Virus record (IMG/VR): IMGVR_UViG_650716055_000001
Span: 1-28,125 of that record
DNA from: a virus
Direction: 5' to 3' (one strand)
DNA: 28,125 nucleotides
Shown here: piece by piece, positions 1 through 8,918 of the stretch
Layout: each line of letters opens with the position of its first letter
Position numbering within the stretch: the first letter of the stretch is position 1
The notes under the pieces: generated by a model
What the model was told of the DNA's origin: nothing
The model's input: the letters and a program-made list of their open reading frames with translations, nothing else
Databases searched by the model: none
Program-made: the position numbers and the translations under genes

Positions 1-978
1 TTATAATAATTTTTTAATATCTTTCAACATACTATTGGCTCTATCATTCGAATGGCTATAAAACAGGGTAGTATCTATCGACTTATGGCCCAATACCTCT
101 TTTACCACATCCAAAGGCACACCCTTATTCAGCAAATCCACAGCCCTACCGTGCCTCAGAGAATGCAAAACTATTCGTTTATTCTGCGGAATCTTACCTT
201 CTTTTTTCAATTCTTTAATAACATTTGAAAATACATGCGTTATGGTATTCCTATTTATCTGCTTACCATCAACAGTTTGGAATATTGGGGCATCGGGGCT
301 TTTATCAATATTATACTGAATATAATACCGCAATGCTTCCAAAGTATCGTTAGAACATACCACAATCCTTTCCTCCTTACCTTTCGTATTCCTTATTCTA
401 AAAGTGCCTTCCTCAAAATCACAATCCTTATACCTAATGTTCAGGAGCTCCGATACTCTACATCCAGTATCCCACAACATCCTAATAATTAATGAATTTC
501 TTATATTCGTTCTGCTATTGCTGGATAATATCTTTTGAAGAATTTCATTTAATATACCTCCATCAACAGCATCATAATGTTTTACTTCATACCTCCTAAA
601 TCTCTTTCTCTCACTGCTTTCTTCTGCAAATTTTCTAAAATTTTGCAACCTTGCCAACCTATAAAATACCTTTAACAATTGGAAATATTTATCCTGGGTA
701 TTCCTAGATAATTTTCTCTCCCGTTCCAAATAATTAAAAAACCTTACAAAATCTGAATTTACCAACTTATCAGGCTCTTTGTTTAATCGATTATACACAA
801 AATCTAAAAATATAGTTATTCGCAGTATATCATTGCGAATTGTAGAAGGCTTAATGCCATCAAACTCCCGCTCTTCTCTAAACCTCTCAACCCACTGCTT
901 TATTCTCGGGTCATCCCTCACATTTTCTTTTCTCTGTGGTTTGACCAATATTAAATTTTCAATACTCTTCATTCCCAT
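1..978 (-). CDS. int: Tyrosine recombinase / integrase (XerC/D-like)
   Basis: Catalytic motifs TGCRVSEL (R), TKGK (K), HSLRH (HxxR), LGH and TTLFY (Y); N-terminal SAM-like core-binding region. Confidence 0.96.
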   Translation of the reverse strand: MGMKSIENLILVKPQRKENVRDDPRIKQWVERFREEREFDGIKPSTIRNDILRITIFLDFVYNRLNKEPDKLVNSDFVRFFNYLERERKLSRNTQDKYFQLLKVFYRLARLQNFRKFAEESSERKRFRRYEVKHYDAVDGGILNEILQKILSSNSRTNIRNSLIIRMLWDTGCRVSELLNIRYKDCDFEEGTFRIRNTKGKEERIVVCSNDTLEALRYYIQYNIDKSPDAPIFQTVDGKQINRNTITHVFSNVIKELKKEGKIPQNKRIVLHSLRHGRAVDLLNKGVPLDVVKEVLGHKSIDTTLFYSHSNDRANSMLKDIKKLL

Positions 979-1222
979 CTACCAACTGATAATTTATTAA
1001 TAACCCAACTGCTTTCCCATGTTTTTCTATAATATTTTTCTCCTCATTTGACAAAGTAATTACTCTCTTATATTTCTTTTTAGATTCCAATGCTTTTCTA
1101 AGACGAGATATATCTAAGTTTATAGTATCTGTGTTTTCGAGTTTATGAATCAAATACCTTAATTTTCGACTATCTATATTTTTACAGAGATAAAAAATTT
1201 TAGCATGTTTCCGCCTGTCCAT
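959..1222 (-). CDS. MJ0366-like (DUF2540) ribbon-helix-helix-like small protein; possible recombination directionality factor
   Basis: FYLCKNIDSRKLRYLIHKLEN...KKYKRVITLSNEE closely matches my recollection of M. jannaschii MJ0366 (FYLYKNIDGRKLRYLLHKLEN...KKYKRSITLTEEE); overlaps the int start. Confidence 0.85.
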   Translation of the reverse strand: MDRRKHAKIFYLCKNIDSRKLRYLIHKLENTDTINLDISRLRKALESKKKYKRVITLSNEEKNIIEKHGKAVGLLINYQLVDGNEEY

Positions 1223-1244
1223 TTTTTACACCCTTATCTATTTA

Positions 1245-3458
1245 TTATGATAATACCTTATACTTACCAGGTCTTACCTCCATTACCTCTCCAAAATTAC
1301 TTAATTTCTCCAAATACCTTTCTAACTGTTCCTCTGAAATGCCCTTTTTAGACAGTAATTCTTCCAAATCATAGAAACTAACAGGGGTATCCTTAGTCTG
1401 TTCTAAATGTTTAATCGCATCCTTAATTAAATCTAATTTCTCAACCTCAGACTTTGGAACGCCCCCTATTTTTGCGAAATCCAATAAACCAGTTTCGGGG
1501 TCTTTTGCTATTTCGTTGTAGCACTCCATTATGATATTTACTGCTTCTCTTGCATCTTCACCATCTGCAATCTCTTTAAGTTTAGCCTTTGCTATCGCTT
1601 CAGTTAGACGAGCAGCACTTTCCAACTGTCTGGGGGTGATACTTTCTCCTGCATCCTTAGTTTTTTGTCTTAATTCTACATAGAAGTCTTCTATTACATT
1701 ATCCGCCTCATCTGAAAGAAGCACTATTTTATTTGTGGCATATTGGATATACTTATAAATAAAATCAGGAGTTAATTTTATCCGTTTTCCATCTATCTCA
1801 ATTGTTTCCCCGTTAATATCCTCTTTTTTTACCAACTGCTTATTTAATCTTAAAATACGCTTTGCTATTTTTTTGTCTGAGTATCTATTTGCATTATCTC
1901 TTAAAGGAAATATTAAATCAAATCTCGATAGAAGTGCTTTTCCAATTTGGATTTGCTCCCATACTGTAAGTTCGGGGTCATATCTTCCACGCTTTGGATT
2001 GCATGCTGCCAAAATCGAGGTGTTGGTTGGTAGGACTGTTGATATGGATGCTTTATTAATGCTAAGTTTCATGTGTTCCATAGCTTCTAAAAGATAGTGT
2101 TCAATACTGCTCTTTGTTGTAAATTCATCAATACATGCGGTTCCGCCGTGTGCTTTTGGAATAACTCCTGGTTTTATAACCCATGTATCGTCTCCAATTT
2201 CGGTTTTAACTCGTTCTACTGTTGCGGTTAATCCAACTCCTGACGCTGTATTTACTGACGCATAAGTATTGCCTGGCATTTTTGCTATCTTTTGAAGCAT
2301 TATCGACTTGCCCACCCCAGGGTCTGTAATTAATAATATGTGTATTACATTTCGTTTTATTAATTTCTCTGTTCCTCTTATTTGTTGTAAAAATATTGCT
2401 TTTTTTATGGTTTCGTGCCCCTCTATCTCAGGGAACAGGTTTTTTGATAGAATGTCTATAACATTAGGTATCTTTGAAAGCTGTTTAATATCTTCCTCAT
2501 CTTCCTTTGAAATAGTGGCTTTCTTTGTGTTTTCAATTGGAATGATATTTATCGCTTTGATTATGATGTCATATACTGCCAGTTTCTTTGAACTTGCCAC
2601 TTTTATAGGAATTCCTATTACTTTTACCCTACCGCTGTATATTCCCTTTGCATTCTCATTGATTATCGTCATGTATCTTGGAGGGTCGTTTGGATTTTTC
2701 ATTTGTTCGATAGGCTGCTGGACTTTTAACTCCTGAAAATCCACATATTTTGAACCCTTCTCATCTAAATATGCCTTTTCTTTACATTTACAAGGAAGTT
2801 CTCTAACAGGATTTAAAGGGTCAATAGGTATAGTAAAGGTATTTCCACAGTTTGGACAGTAAAACTTCCCTTCTATTATTGCCGTTTTTAGTTTCGATGC
2901 CAGTGCTATTATTCCTTCAAATTCAACTAATTTATTTAGATTATTGCTCCTAATGTCCTCAATAGTTGTTGATGTGGGTAGTTTTTTAATCGTAACTACG
3001 GCGTCAGTGTCTTCATTGTTAAATGAATAATATGCTTCTTTGTATGCTTCCGATAAGAGAGTTAATGTTTTCTCAGGATTTTCAATTAACATATCTACAA
3101 CAGCTCCTAATCCTGAGCTTATTAGGTTAGAAGTATCTATCTCAACTAATTCCGAATCTGTTCTTATGTCTTCACTATGAGCAGTTTTAAAGAATTGAAT
3201 TAATTGAGATTTGTAAGTTAGTAATGCATAGTCATCTTCTTCCTTCTCTTCTTTCGGAGTTTCTAAGAGAGTGATAATTTTTTTATTATTGATGATTTCC
3301 TCCGAAATAACTCCTCTTTTAATTAGCCTGTCTTTTGTTGTAGATATTCCTCCTTTTGAATACCCTGCATCACATAATAATCTATATATATTATCCCATT
3401 CCATAGAGTGGTTTTGTGATTTTTTTAGTAAGTCGATAATTTCGTCAGCAATAGACAT
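1245..3458 (-). CDS. mcm: MCM replicative helicase with N-terminal wHTH-like extension
   Basis: Zn finger CPNC...CKC, Walker A TDPGVGKS, Walker B CIDEF, sensor AACNP, Arg finger LLSRFDL, ITPRQLE, C-terminal wHTH; about 65 extra N-terminal residues. Confidence 0.97.
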   Translation of the reverse strand: MSIADEIIDLLKKSQNHSMEWDNIYRLLCDAGYSKGGISTTKDRLIKRGVISEEIINNKKIITLLETPKEEKEEDDYALLTYKSQLIQFFKTAHSEDIRTDSELVEIDTSNLISSGLGAVVDMLIENPEKTLTLLSEAYKEAYYSFNNEDTDAVVTIKKLPTSTTIEDIRSNNLNKLVEFEGIIALASKLKTAIIEGKFYCPNCGNTFTIPIDPLNPVRELPCKCKEKAYLDEKGSKYVDFQELKVQQPIEQMKNPNDPPRYMTIINENAKGIYSGRVKVIGIPIKVASSKKLAVYDIIIKAINIIPIENTKKATISKEDEEDIKQLSKIPNVIDILSKNLFPEIEGHETIKKAIFLQQIRGTEKLIKRNVIHILLITDPGVGKSIMLQKIAKMPGNTYASVNTASGVGLTATVERVKTEIGDDTWVIKPGVIPKAHGGTACIDEFTTKSSIEHYLLEAMEHMKLSINKASISTVLPTNTSILAACNPKRGRYDPELTVWEQIQIGKALLSRFDLIFPLRDNANRYSDKKIAKRILRLNKQLVKKEDINGETIEIDGKRIKLTPDFIYKYIQYATNKIVLLSDEADNVIEDFYVELRQKTKDAGESITPRQLESAARLTEAIAKAKLKEIADGEDAREAVNIIMECYNEIAKDPETGLLDFAKIGGVPKSEVEKLDLIKDAIKHLEQTKDTPVSFYDLEELLSKKGISEEQLERYLEKLSNFGEVMEVRPGKYKVLS

Positions 3459-3480
3459 AAAATCTCCTCTTTTTTATTTT

Positions 3481-3666
3481 TTAAAGGGTTTCGCTTAATC
3501 CTAATTTTTTAGCATCTTCTTTTGTCAGTACCGTTAATAGTGCATACTCTCCACCGTATTCTGGGGGAACTATTGCAGATGCTCCACCACCTTGTGGTTT
3601 TAATTTTACAAGGAGTGTTGGATAAATTTCCCGTGATTTTTTCCAGTTTGGTTTTTTGATTATCAT
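3481..3666 (-). CDS. Small AbrB/DUF2080-like putative DNA-binding protein
   Basis: KLKPQGGGASAIVPPEYGGEYALLTV resembles the swapped-hairpin pattern VKxFGNSAHVxVPKEYxGxxV; GGTGA SD points to ATG 3666 (ORF track start 3678). Confidence 0.6.
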   Translation of the reverse strand: MIIKKPNWKKSREIYPTLLVKLKPQGGGASAIVPPEYGGEYALLTVLTKEDAKKLGLSETL

Positions 3667-3754
3667 AATATTCACCATTTGTTAAGATATAACTATTTGT
3701 TTTTTTACAAATAATAAAATTATTAAACTACTATATAAATTTTTTGGTTTTTAT

Positions 3755-3776
3755 AAAATAGTTTTAAAAAATACAA
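3755..3776 (+). promoter_or_regulatory. Putative operator/promoter box, copy 1 (AAAATAGTTTTAAAAAATACAA)
   Basis: 21/22 identical to 8056-8077; both copies lie in divergent early promoter regions. Confidence 0.5.
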
Positions 3777-3862
3777 TATTTCAATATATACACTTAAAAC
3801 AAATATATACATAAGTTTAAAATGACAGTTGTTTTTTTATGTCATTAAGTGAGGTGAATATA

Positions 3863-4189
3863 ATGAAGATGATAAAATTATTAGCAAAAAAACACATTAA
3901 AGAAATATTAGAATTACTTAATAAAAATGAAGAAATGTATTTTGGGCAGATTTTAAGGATTATAAATATAAATCAAAGTAATCTAAGTAAATTATTAAAT
4001 GAGCTTGTAAATGCGGGACTGGTAGAAAAGTGGGAAGAAAAAGAAGGATATAAACTTCCAAAATCATACTATAAAATAACTAAAAAAGGGCGACAGGCGT
4101 TAATATTCTATAAATTAGATGATAAATTTAAGGATATTCCAGATAACCAGTTTTTAAAAATTCAAAATATTGTTGCAGAATATGATTAA
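3863..4189 (+). CDS. Winged-helix (ArsR/HxlR/MarR-like) transcription regulator, probable provirus repressor
   Basis: EILELL...MYFGQI...INQSNLSKLLNELVNAGLVEK...YYKITKKG wHTH pattern; divergent from the mcm-int operon; GAGGTGA SD before ATG 3863. Confidence 0.85.
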   Translation: MKMIKLLAKKHIKEILELLNKNEEMYFGQILRIININQSNLSKLLNELVNAGLVEKWEEKEGYKLPKSYYKITKKGRQALIFYKLDDKFKDIPDNQFLKIQNIVAEYD

Positions 4190-4276
4190 AATATAAAATA
4201 AATATATTGTGTTTATTATGCAATGTGATAATAAAAACATAGCTTCTTTAATTTTAAAAAATAAGAATAATTTAAA

Positions 4277-4621
4277 CTTAAAAGTATGATAATAAGGGTG
4301 ATAATACTTGATAACAAAAAAACATAACGCGGTAAAACAATGTTATTTTTCGAAATAACCGATTACTTTAAATTAAAACCCTGATAATAGCACATAATAA
4401 AACCTATTATCATACTTTTAAGCATAATCCATTGAGATTGCAATTTATTAATTTGAAAACAAGCAATTATAAAGGATATAAGTATGAAAATGAGCGTAAT
4501 TAACGTCCGTTTTCATACTTTTAAGCCTTATTTACTCAATATTTTAGAAATAATAACCAAATGGCAAATATTGGCTTTTTCGTTATCATTTGTTATCACC
4601 CTTATTATCATACTTTTAAGC
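4277..4621. repeat. AT-rich repeat cluster: perfect 28-bp inverted repeat (4277-4304 / 4593-4620) plus iteron-like TCATACTTTTAAGC at 4410, 4513 and 4608; candidate replication origin
   Basis: CTTAAAAGTATGATAATAAGGGTGATAA is the exact reverse complement of TTATCACCCTTATTATCATACTTTTAAG; direct copies are spaced 103 and 95 bp. Confidence 0.85.
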
Positions 4622-4756
4622 CCTATTTATCCTTTATTTATTATTATATTATTATATTATTCTTATTTTCATATTATATTTTTCTTGGGTATATACTATA
4701 ATAATAGTATATAGTAAAAATAAATATAGAATTTAAAATCTATAAAGGTGATGTCT

Positions 4757-5364
4757 ATGTTGAAAAAATCCATGGTTGTTATGGCAGTTATTGGAATTAT
4801 AACTGCATGCATGTGCGGTTGCATGTCTTCCCCTGAACAATCCAGCATTGTAAAATTTCACCCTGATATCCAACCATATCATACTACTCATTATACTACA
4901 TTAACAAATAAAATATATATTAACATGAATGACCCATTAATAAAGGAAAAAAACAATTATATGACCAAGGTGGTGGGGTTGTAGGAAATGGTGTCCCCCA
5001 AGATTTAAACAACAATGTTAAACAATTTTTAGAGGAAGAAGGGACTAAAATATTTAATGATAAATATGTAATGTCATATTTTTATAACTTTAATATTACT
5101 GACCACGGTAATTTTGTCATGACCATCTATTCAAAAAGAGTTAAAAAAGATGATATGAAGGCATTTGTAATTATGGCTAAGGATATATATCATAAATATA
5201 ATATGTATTGCCCCAATAATAACATGCGTATAGTTATAGATTTTGTAGATATAGATAGTGGTTGGAAATATGGTAATGTGGCTTATAAGTCATATCTTGC
5301 CAATGGATTAGGCACTAGATACCAATTAGATGATGGAACAACAATTGGCGAGGAATATAACTAA
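4757..5364 (+). pseudogene. Predicted lipoprotein (~200 aa) split by a frameshift at the A7 run 4947-4953 (ORFs 4748-4984 and 5071-5364)
   Basis: Signal peptide with Cys motif (MLKKSMVVMAVIGIITACMCGCMSS); the second frame is open from 4933 to 5364; one extra A gives ...IKEKKQLYDQGGGVVGNG... Confidence 0.7.
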
Positions 5365-5401
5365 TAGATATAGATTATATTTTAATCCTTATTTTTATAT
5401 T

Positions 5402-5415
5402 ATCGGAGCTCCGAT
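5402..5415. other. Perfect 14-bp palindrome ATCGGAGCTCCGAT between convergent cargo genes
   Basis: Self-complementary and GC-rich within an AT-rich intergenic region; function unknown. Confidence 0.5.
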
Positions 5416-5508
5416 TATACCTTTGTAATTTATAGCAATATATAGCATTTCTGTTATTAGTTAAGACACCGAATATAATGGAACTTCAATAGTTCAATTT
5501 AACATATA

Positions 5509-6683
5509 TTAAATCTTAGTTTGATTAAATAGATTTCTTAGCGTTTTTTTATCTTGTATATAATCCAAGGTATCATTTTGTTTGATATATTTTTGGGATG
5601 TTAAAAACTCGTCTCTGCTGGATTTAAACTCATGAAACTTTAATATTGCATGAAGTATTGTTTTTTATTTTTATCATGCTCAGCTTCTTGATAATTTAAT
5701 AGTGGGTTTTTTATAGACTTTTCATTAGTTTCTAAGATAATATCATCAACCCATTTAGGGTTGGATATTATTTCATTACTAAGGGAGGTAACATCCAAAA
5801 GCCTTTTTCTAAATAATTTGAGTTCCTGACCTATTGGCTTTGGATTAACGGTTTTTTGGATGGGACCCCCAACACCAACATATGAGGATAATATATCGCC
5901 TACAACAAACTCTCCATAATGAACTCCCGATACATTGTATAAGGAAGATAGACTTCGTTTTACATCTAACATAACTATTCCAATATTTTTATCATATAAT
6001 GAGTTCCATATTGTATCGTAACTAACCCTATAGTTTCTAAAAGATTTATATAATATCCCAATTAAATTTAAAGTGTCATTATCTTCACACGAAATTACAT
6101 ACTCCAATATATCATTTAATAAGTTTTCATCACATCCTGGGTCAATAACTGGCATTATTGTTTTATTAGGATTACTCTCCACATATTTTTTATGAACCTG
6201 TTTAAATTTTTCAATAGGTAAGTTTAGCCAGGGGATAGTGATTATATTTAAATTATACTCTTCAATGTCCTTTTGTAATATGCATTGTAATCGTATAAAT
6301 TTTTCGAGAATACTATCCGAAGTATGTAAATAATTCAAAGCAGAGGATGTTGGTTGTAGTAATACATATCTCAAATTAAAATATTGCATTGTAACTAAAT
6401 GTGAAATCACAACTTTTTTAATGTCATTAAATTTTTTATTTTTGGAGATAAAATCTTTAATATTTCGTGTTCTTTTATCGGTAAATTTTAAAATAACCCC
6501 TCCAATTTCAGCATTAATTTCTACTGGAGTAGGTATTGTTTTTTTTGCATTCATTTCTGAGTTAGTTATTGCTCTTATTGGCGTTTCAATAGATACTGAA
6601 CTACTAATCTTTATTTTAGCCACTCTTGTTCTATATGTATATTTTGGTGAATCGTCAATATTTAATGGTTTTACTACTATCAT
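5509..6683 (-). CDS. Divergent tRNA/DNA-guanine transglycosylase-like (TGT/DpdA-like TIM barrel) protein, ~391 aa if the frameshift at T6 5661-5666 is corrected (ORF track stops at 5640)
   Basis: N-terminal RTRVAKIKISSSVSIETPIRA resembles TGT ARxGxLxTxxGxIETP; VHYG...VGDILS resembles HxLG...GxDxFD; the alternative frame continues ILHAILKFHEFKSSRDEF...NQTKI to a stop at 5509-5511. Confidence 0.65.
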
Positions 6684-7231
6684 GCCCTACCACACCCCCA
6701 AATTATGTCTTTATATTTATTTTTAATTTTCGATTTTTCTTTATATTTTTCATAGTTTTGATACACATATCTAAGAATACCATCAGTTCCTAACTGGTCC
6801 CATCCCTTCCTTTTTCTCTTTATCTCTTTTTTTAATTTATCAGGAAGTTTTTCAAAAGTCTCTTTTATTTCATTTTTACCCTTATCCGTAAGTTCAAACT
6901 TTTCTGATGTTGAGTTTTTTCTTCCAATTCTTTGTATATATCCAAACCATTCAAGTTGATTAAGAATCTCTGCAATATCAAAACTATATGGTCCGTAATG
7001 ATGTGGAATAAAATTTGGGTTTTGAATTTCAAAATCATTGTAATCTTTTAAGACTTCCATATATAATAGGAAAATTTCTTTAAATAGCAATGTCCTACCA
7101 TATATTGGCTTGTTTTGAGCATATAAAATTATCAAAACCAAATCTTTGGTGGTAAGAATTGTTTTTCCTTTCATTGATTCTATTAATTCTTTAAGTTTTT
7201 CTAATTTATTATACTTCAAAATCTCACTCAT
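6680..7231 (-). CDS. Panacea/SocA (DUF4065)-like winged-helix antitoxin-type protein
   Basis: GRTLLFKEIFLL...FIPHHYGPYSFDI...LNQLEWFGYI matches the GRTxLQKxxFL...FxPxxYGPxS family signature; overlaps both neighbours. Confidence 0.7.
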   Translation of the reverse strand: MSEILKYNKLEKLKELIESMKGKTILTTKDLVLIILYAQNKPIYGRTLLFKEIFLLYMEVLKDYNDFEIQNPNFIPHHYGPYSFDIAEILNQLEWFGYIQRIGRKNSTSEKFELTDKGKNEIKETFEKLPDKLKKEIKRKRKGWDQLGTDGILRYVYQNYEKYKEKSKIKNKYKDIIWGCGRA

Positions 7232-7745
7232 AGTATCCCCCTATTTTTTCTATGGTAAAAGGGATATTTTCTCCGTTTTTATAATTTCGATAGGTTACCA
7301 ATGCATAATTTTGGTTTTTCACATTAAACAAAATGTGCATTTCAAAATATACCTTTTTTGATTTTTTGGAAATACCTCTTTTCATTCTATTGTACATCGA
7401 ATAAGGCACAACAATAGAATAAACGCCATTTAACAGTTCATCGACACCGATACCATACTTGGCAAATAATATTGCAAAATGCCTTAATCTTTTATCAGGA
7501 ATGTGATTAAGTGCATCTTCTGTTTGGATTTTTAAAAATTTTTTATTTTCTTTACTATTTGCTATCAATTCATAACATCTACCGCAATAGCCACAATCCA
7601 CAAGCAAGGGTGCTGAAACATTGTAATCGTATGAAAAAGACATATCGATTAGTTTATTCAATGGTATCTTAATTTTTTTTGATTTTGCTGAAAGCATTGA
7701 TATATTAGGGCTGGGATTACCACAATAAACACACCGCATGAACAC
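7224..7745 (-). CDS. Zn-ribbon protein with a possible BrnT/RelE-like C-terminal domain (putative toxin)
   Basis: CVYC...CGYCGRC; DKRLRHF...AKYGIGVDELL weakly resembles BrnT KxxxNxxKHGISFEE; start may be ATG 7739. Confidence 0.4.
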   Translation of the reverse strand: MFMRCVYCGNPSPNISMLSAKSKKIKIPLNKLIDMSFSYDYNVSAPLLVDCGYCGRCYELIANSKENKKFLKIQTEDALNHIPDKRLRHFAILFAKYGIGVDELLNGVYSIVVPYSMYNRMKRGISKKSKKVYFEMHILFNVKNQNYALVTYRNYKNGENIPFTIEKIGGYYE

Positions 7746-8055
7746 CGACCTATTTCAATAATTATAAACTTTTAGTTTTTTAAAGAGTCTCTTCCTTTGT
7801 ATTTAAAATAATTTTATAACTTCACTTATGTTTGTATTATCCTTTTTTTAATAGTTTAACAGTTCCTATTACATTATAAAACTATGCTTGTATTAAAAAG
7901 TATCTATTTTTAGTTAGTTTTGGGATGTCAATGTATATTTTATAACTTATACTATTGACTTTTCTAAATGGTATATTAAAAAAATTAAATAGAAAGTTAT
8001 AAATAATAGTTTAACAATATTACTATTTGCAAAAAAGCAAAGAGTTTAAAATATA

Positions 8056-8077
8056 AAAATAGTTTAAAAAAATACAA
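8056..8077 (+). promoter_or_regulatory. Putative operator/promoter box, copy 2 (AAAATAGTTTAAAAAAATACAA)
   Basis: 21/22 identical to 3755-3776; ends 20 bp before the first early gene. Confidence 0.5.
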
Positions 8078-8097
8078 CTAACCCACGAGGTGAAAGC

Positions 8098-8472
8098 ATG
8101 ACAGAAAAATATTGGAAATACACAAGACCAGATGGAACAGTTGGATACCATAAAGGTAAGAAGTGGAGAGGAATCTCCCAGCAAGAAGTAACTAAAGAGG
8201 AATACGCAGACCTTCTAAGAGTAATAAGAGGGTTAAGTAAGTTGGCAGCCACCCACCCAGAGATAGAATATCTAAGAATTGAACTGGCAAAAGAGCTTCT
8301 AAGTGAAAAATGGAGTAGATTTGAAAAGTTTTGTAGGAGGGTATTTTATGGGGATGTAAAAGTAACAAAAGAGGAATGGGATTGGGCTTGGGAAGTTAGA
8401 GAACAGTTGCATTTCGGTCCATATACTTGCGGATTAATCGCAAAAGAATTACAAAAAGAGGTGAAAACATGA
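8098..8472 (+). CDS. Hypothetical early viral protein
   Basis: GAGGTGA SD; ATGA overlap with the next gene; internal VTKEE and AKEL repeats. Confidence 0.8.
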   Translation: MTEKYWKYTRPDGTVGYHKGKKWRGISQQEVTKEEYADLLRVIRGLSKLAATHPEIEYLRIELAKELLSEKWSRFEKFCRRVFYGDVKVTKEEWDWAWEVREQLHFGPYTCGLIAKELQKEVKT

Positions 8473-8690
8473 CAGAAGAAGAGATAATATGTGCCAGATG
8501 CGGCAAACCGTTAAAACATCCTGTGTGGATTAACGGAAAACCATACGGAAAAACATGTGCTAAAAATATCGATAAGCCTTTAAAAAGCAGGAGTTCCAGA
8601 GCTCCTGCAAGAAAGGCAAAACGCAAAAATAGAAAAGTGGATGAGCATGAAGGTTTGGATGCATTTTTAGCTCAACCATTAGTGCCTTAA
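8469..8690 (+). CDS. Small Zn-finger protein (CxxC...GxxC, DUF6011-like) with basic tail
   Basis: CARCGKPL...YGKTC; GAGGTGA SD supports ATG 8469 rather than 8427. Confidence 0.75.
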   Translation: MTEEEIICARCGKPLKHPVWINGKPYGKTCAKNIDKPLKSRSSRAPARKAKRKNRKVDEHEGLDAFLAQPLVP

Positions 8691-8738
8691 CCACTTTTTC
8701 TTTTAACTTTTCTAAGATAAAAATGTTTCGGTGAAATA

Positions 8739-8918
8739 ATGAAAGAACGAATTATTGATTTCTTAAATAGCAGAAATGGAAGAGCCAAAACATTAACAAC
8801 ATATTTTGTATCAGGATGCGGCTCTTACTCAGAGTTTAACGACATAATAAACGAGATGGAAAGGGACGGATTTATAAAAAGAGTTGAAAATGGAGAATAT
8901 TTAGAGGTGGTAAAATGA
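8739..8918 (+). CDS. 59-aa wHTH-like protein (below ORF-track cutoff)
   Basis: MKERIIDFLNSRNG...FNDIINEMERDGFIKRVENGEYLEVVK; GGTGA SD; ATGA overlap with the next ORF. Confidence 0.7.
   Translation: MKERIIDFLNSRNGRAKTLTTYFVSGCGSYSEFNDIINEMERDGFIKRVENGEYLEVVK

Noticed and set aside
235-3498. Plus-strand ORFs 235-492, 779-1000, 1873-2097, 2308-2736 and 3271-3498
   Set aside because: Antisense shadows of int and mcm
4484-4714. 76-aa hydrophobic ORF
   Set aside because: Overlaps the repeat cluster; I/L/F/Y bias reflects AT-rich DNA; no convincing SD
6421-7361. Plus-strand ORFs 6421-6726 and 7146-7361
   Set aside because: Antisense to the cargo cassette; no SD or motifs
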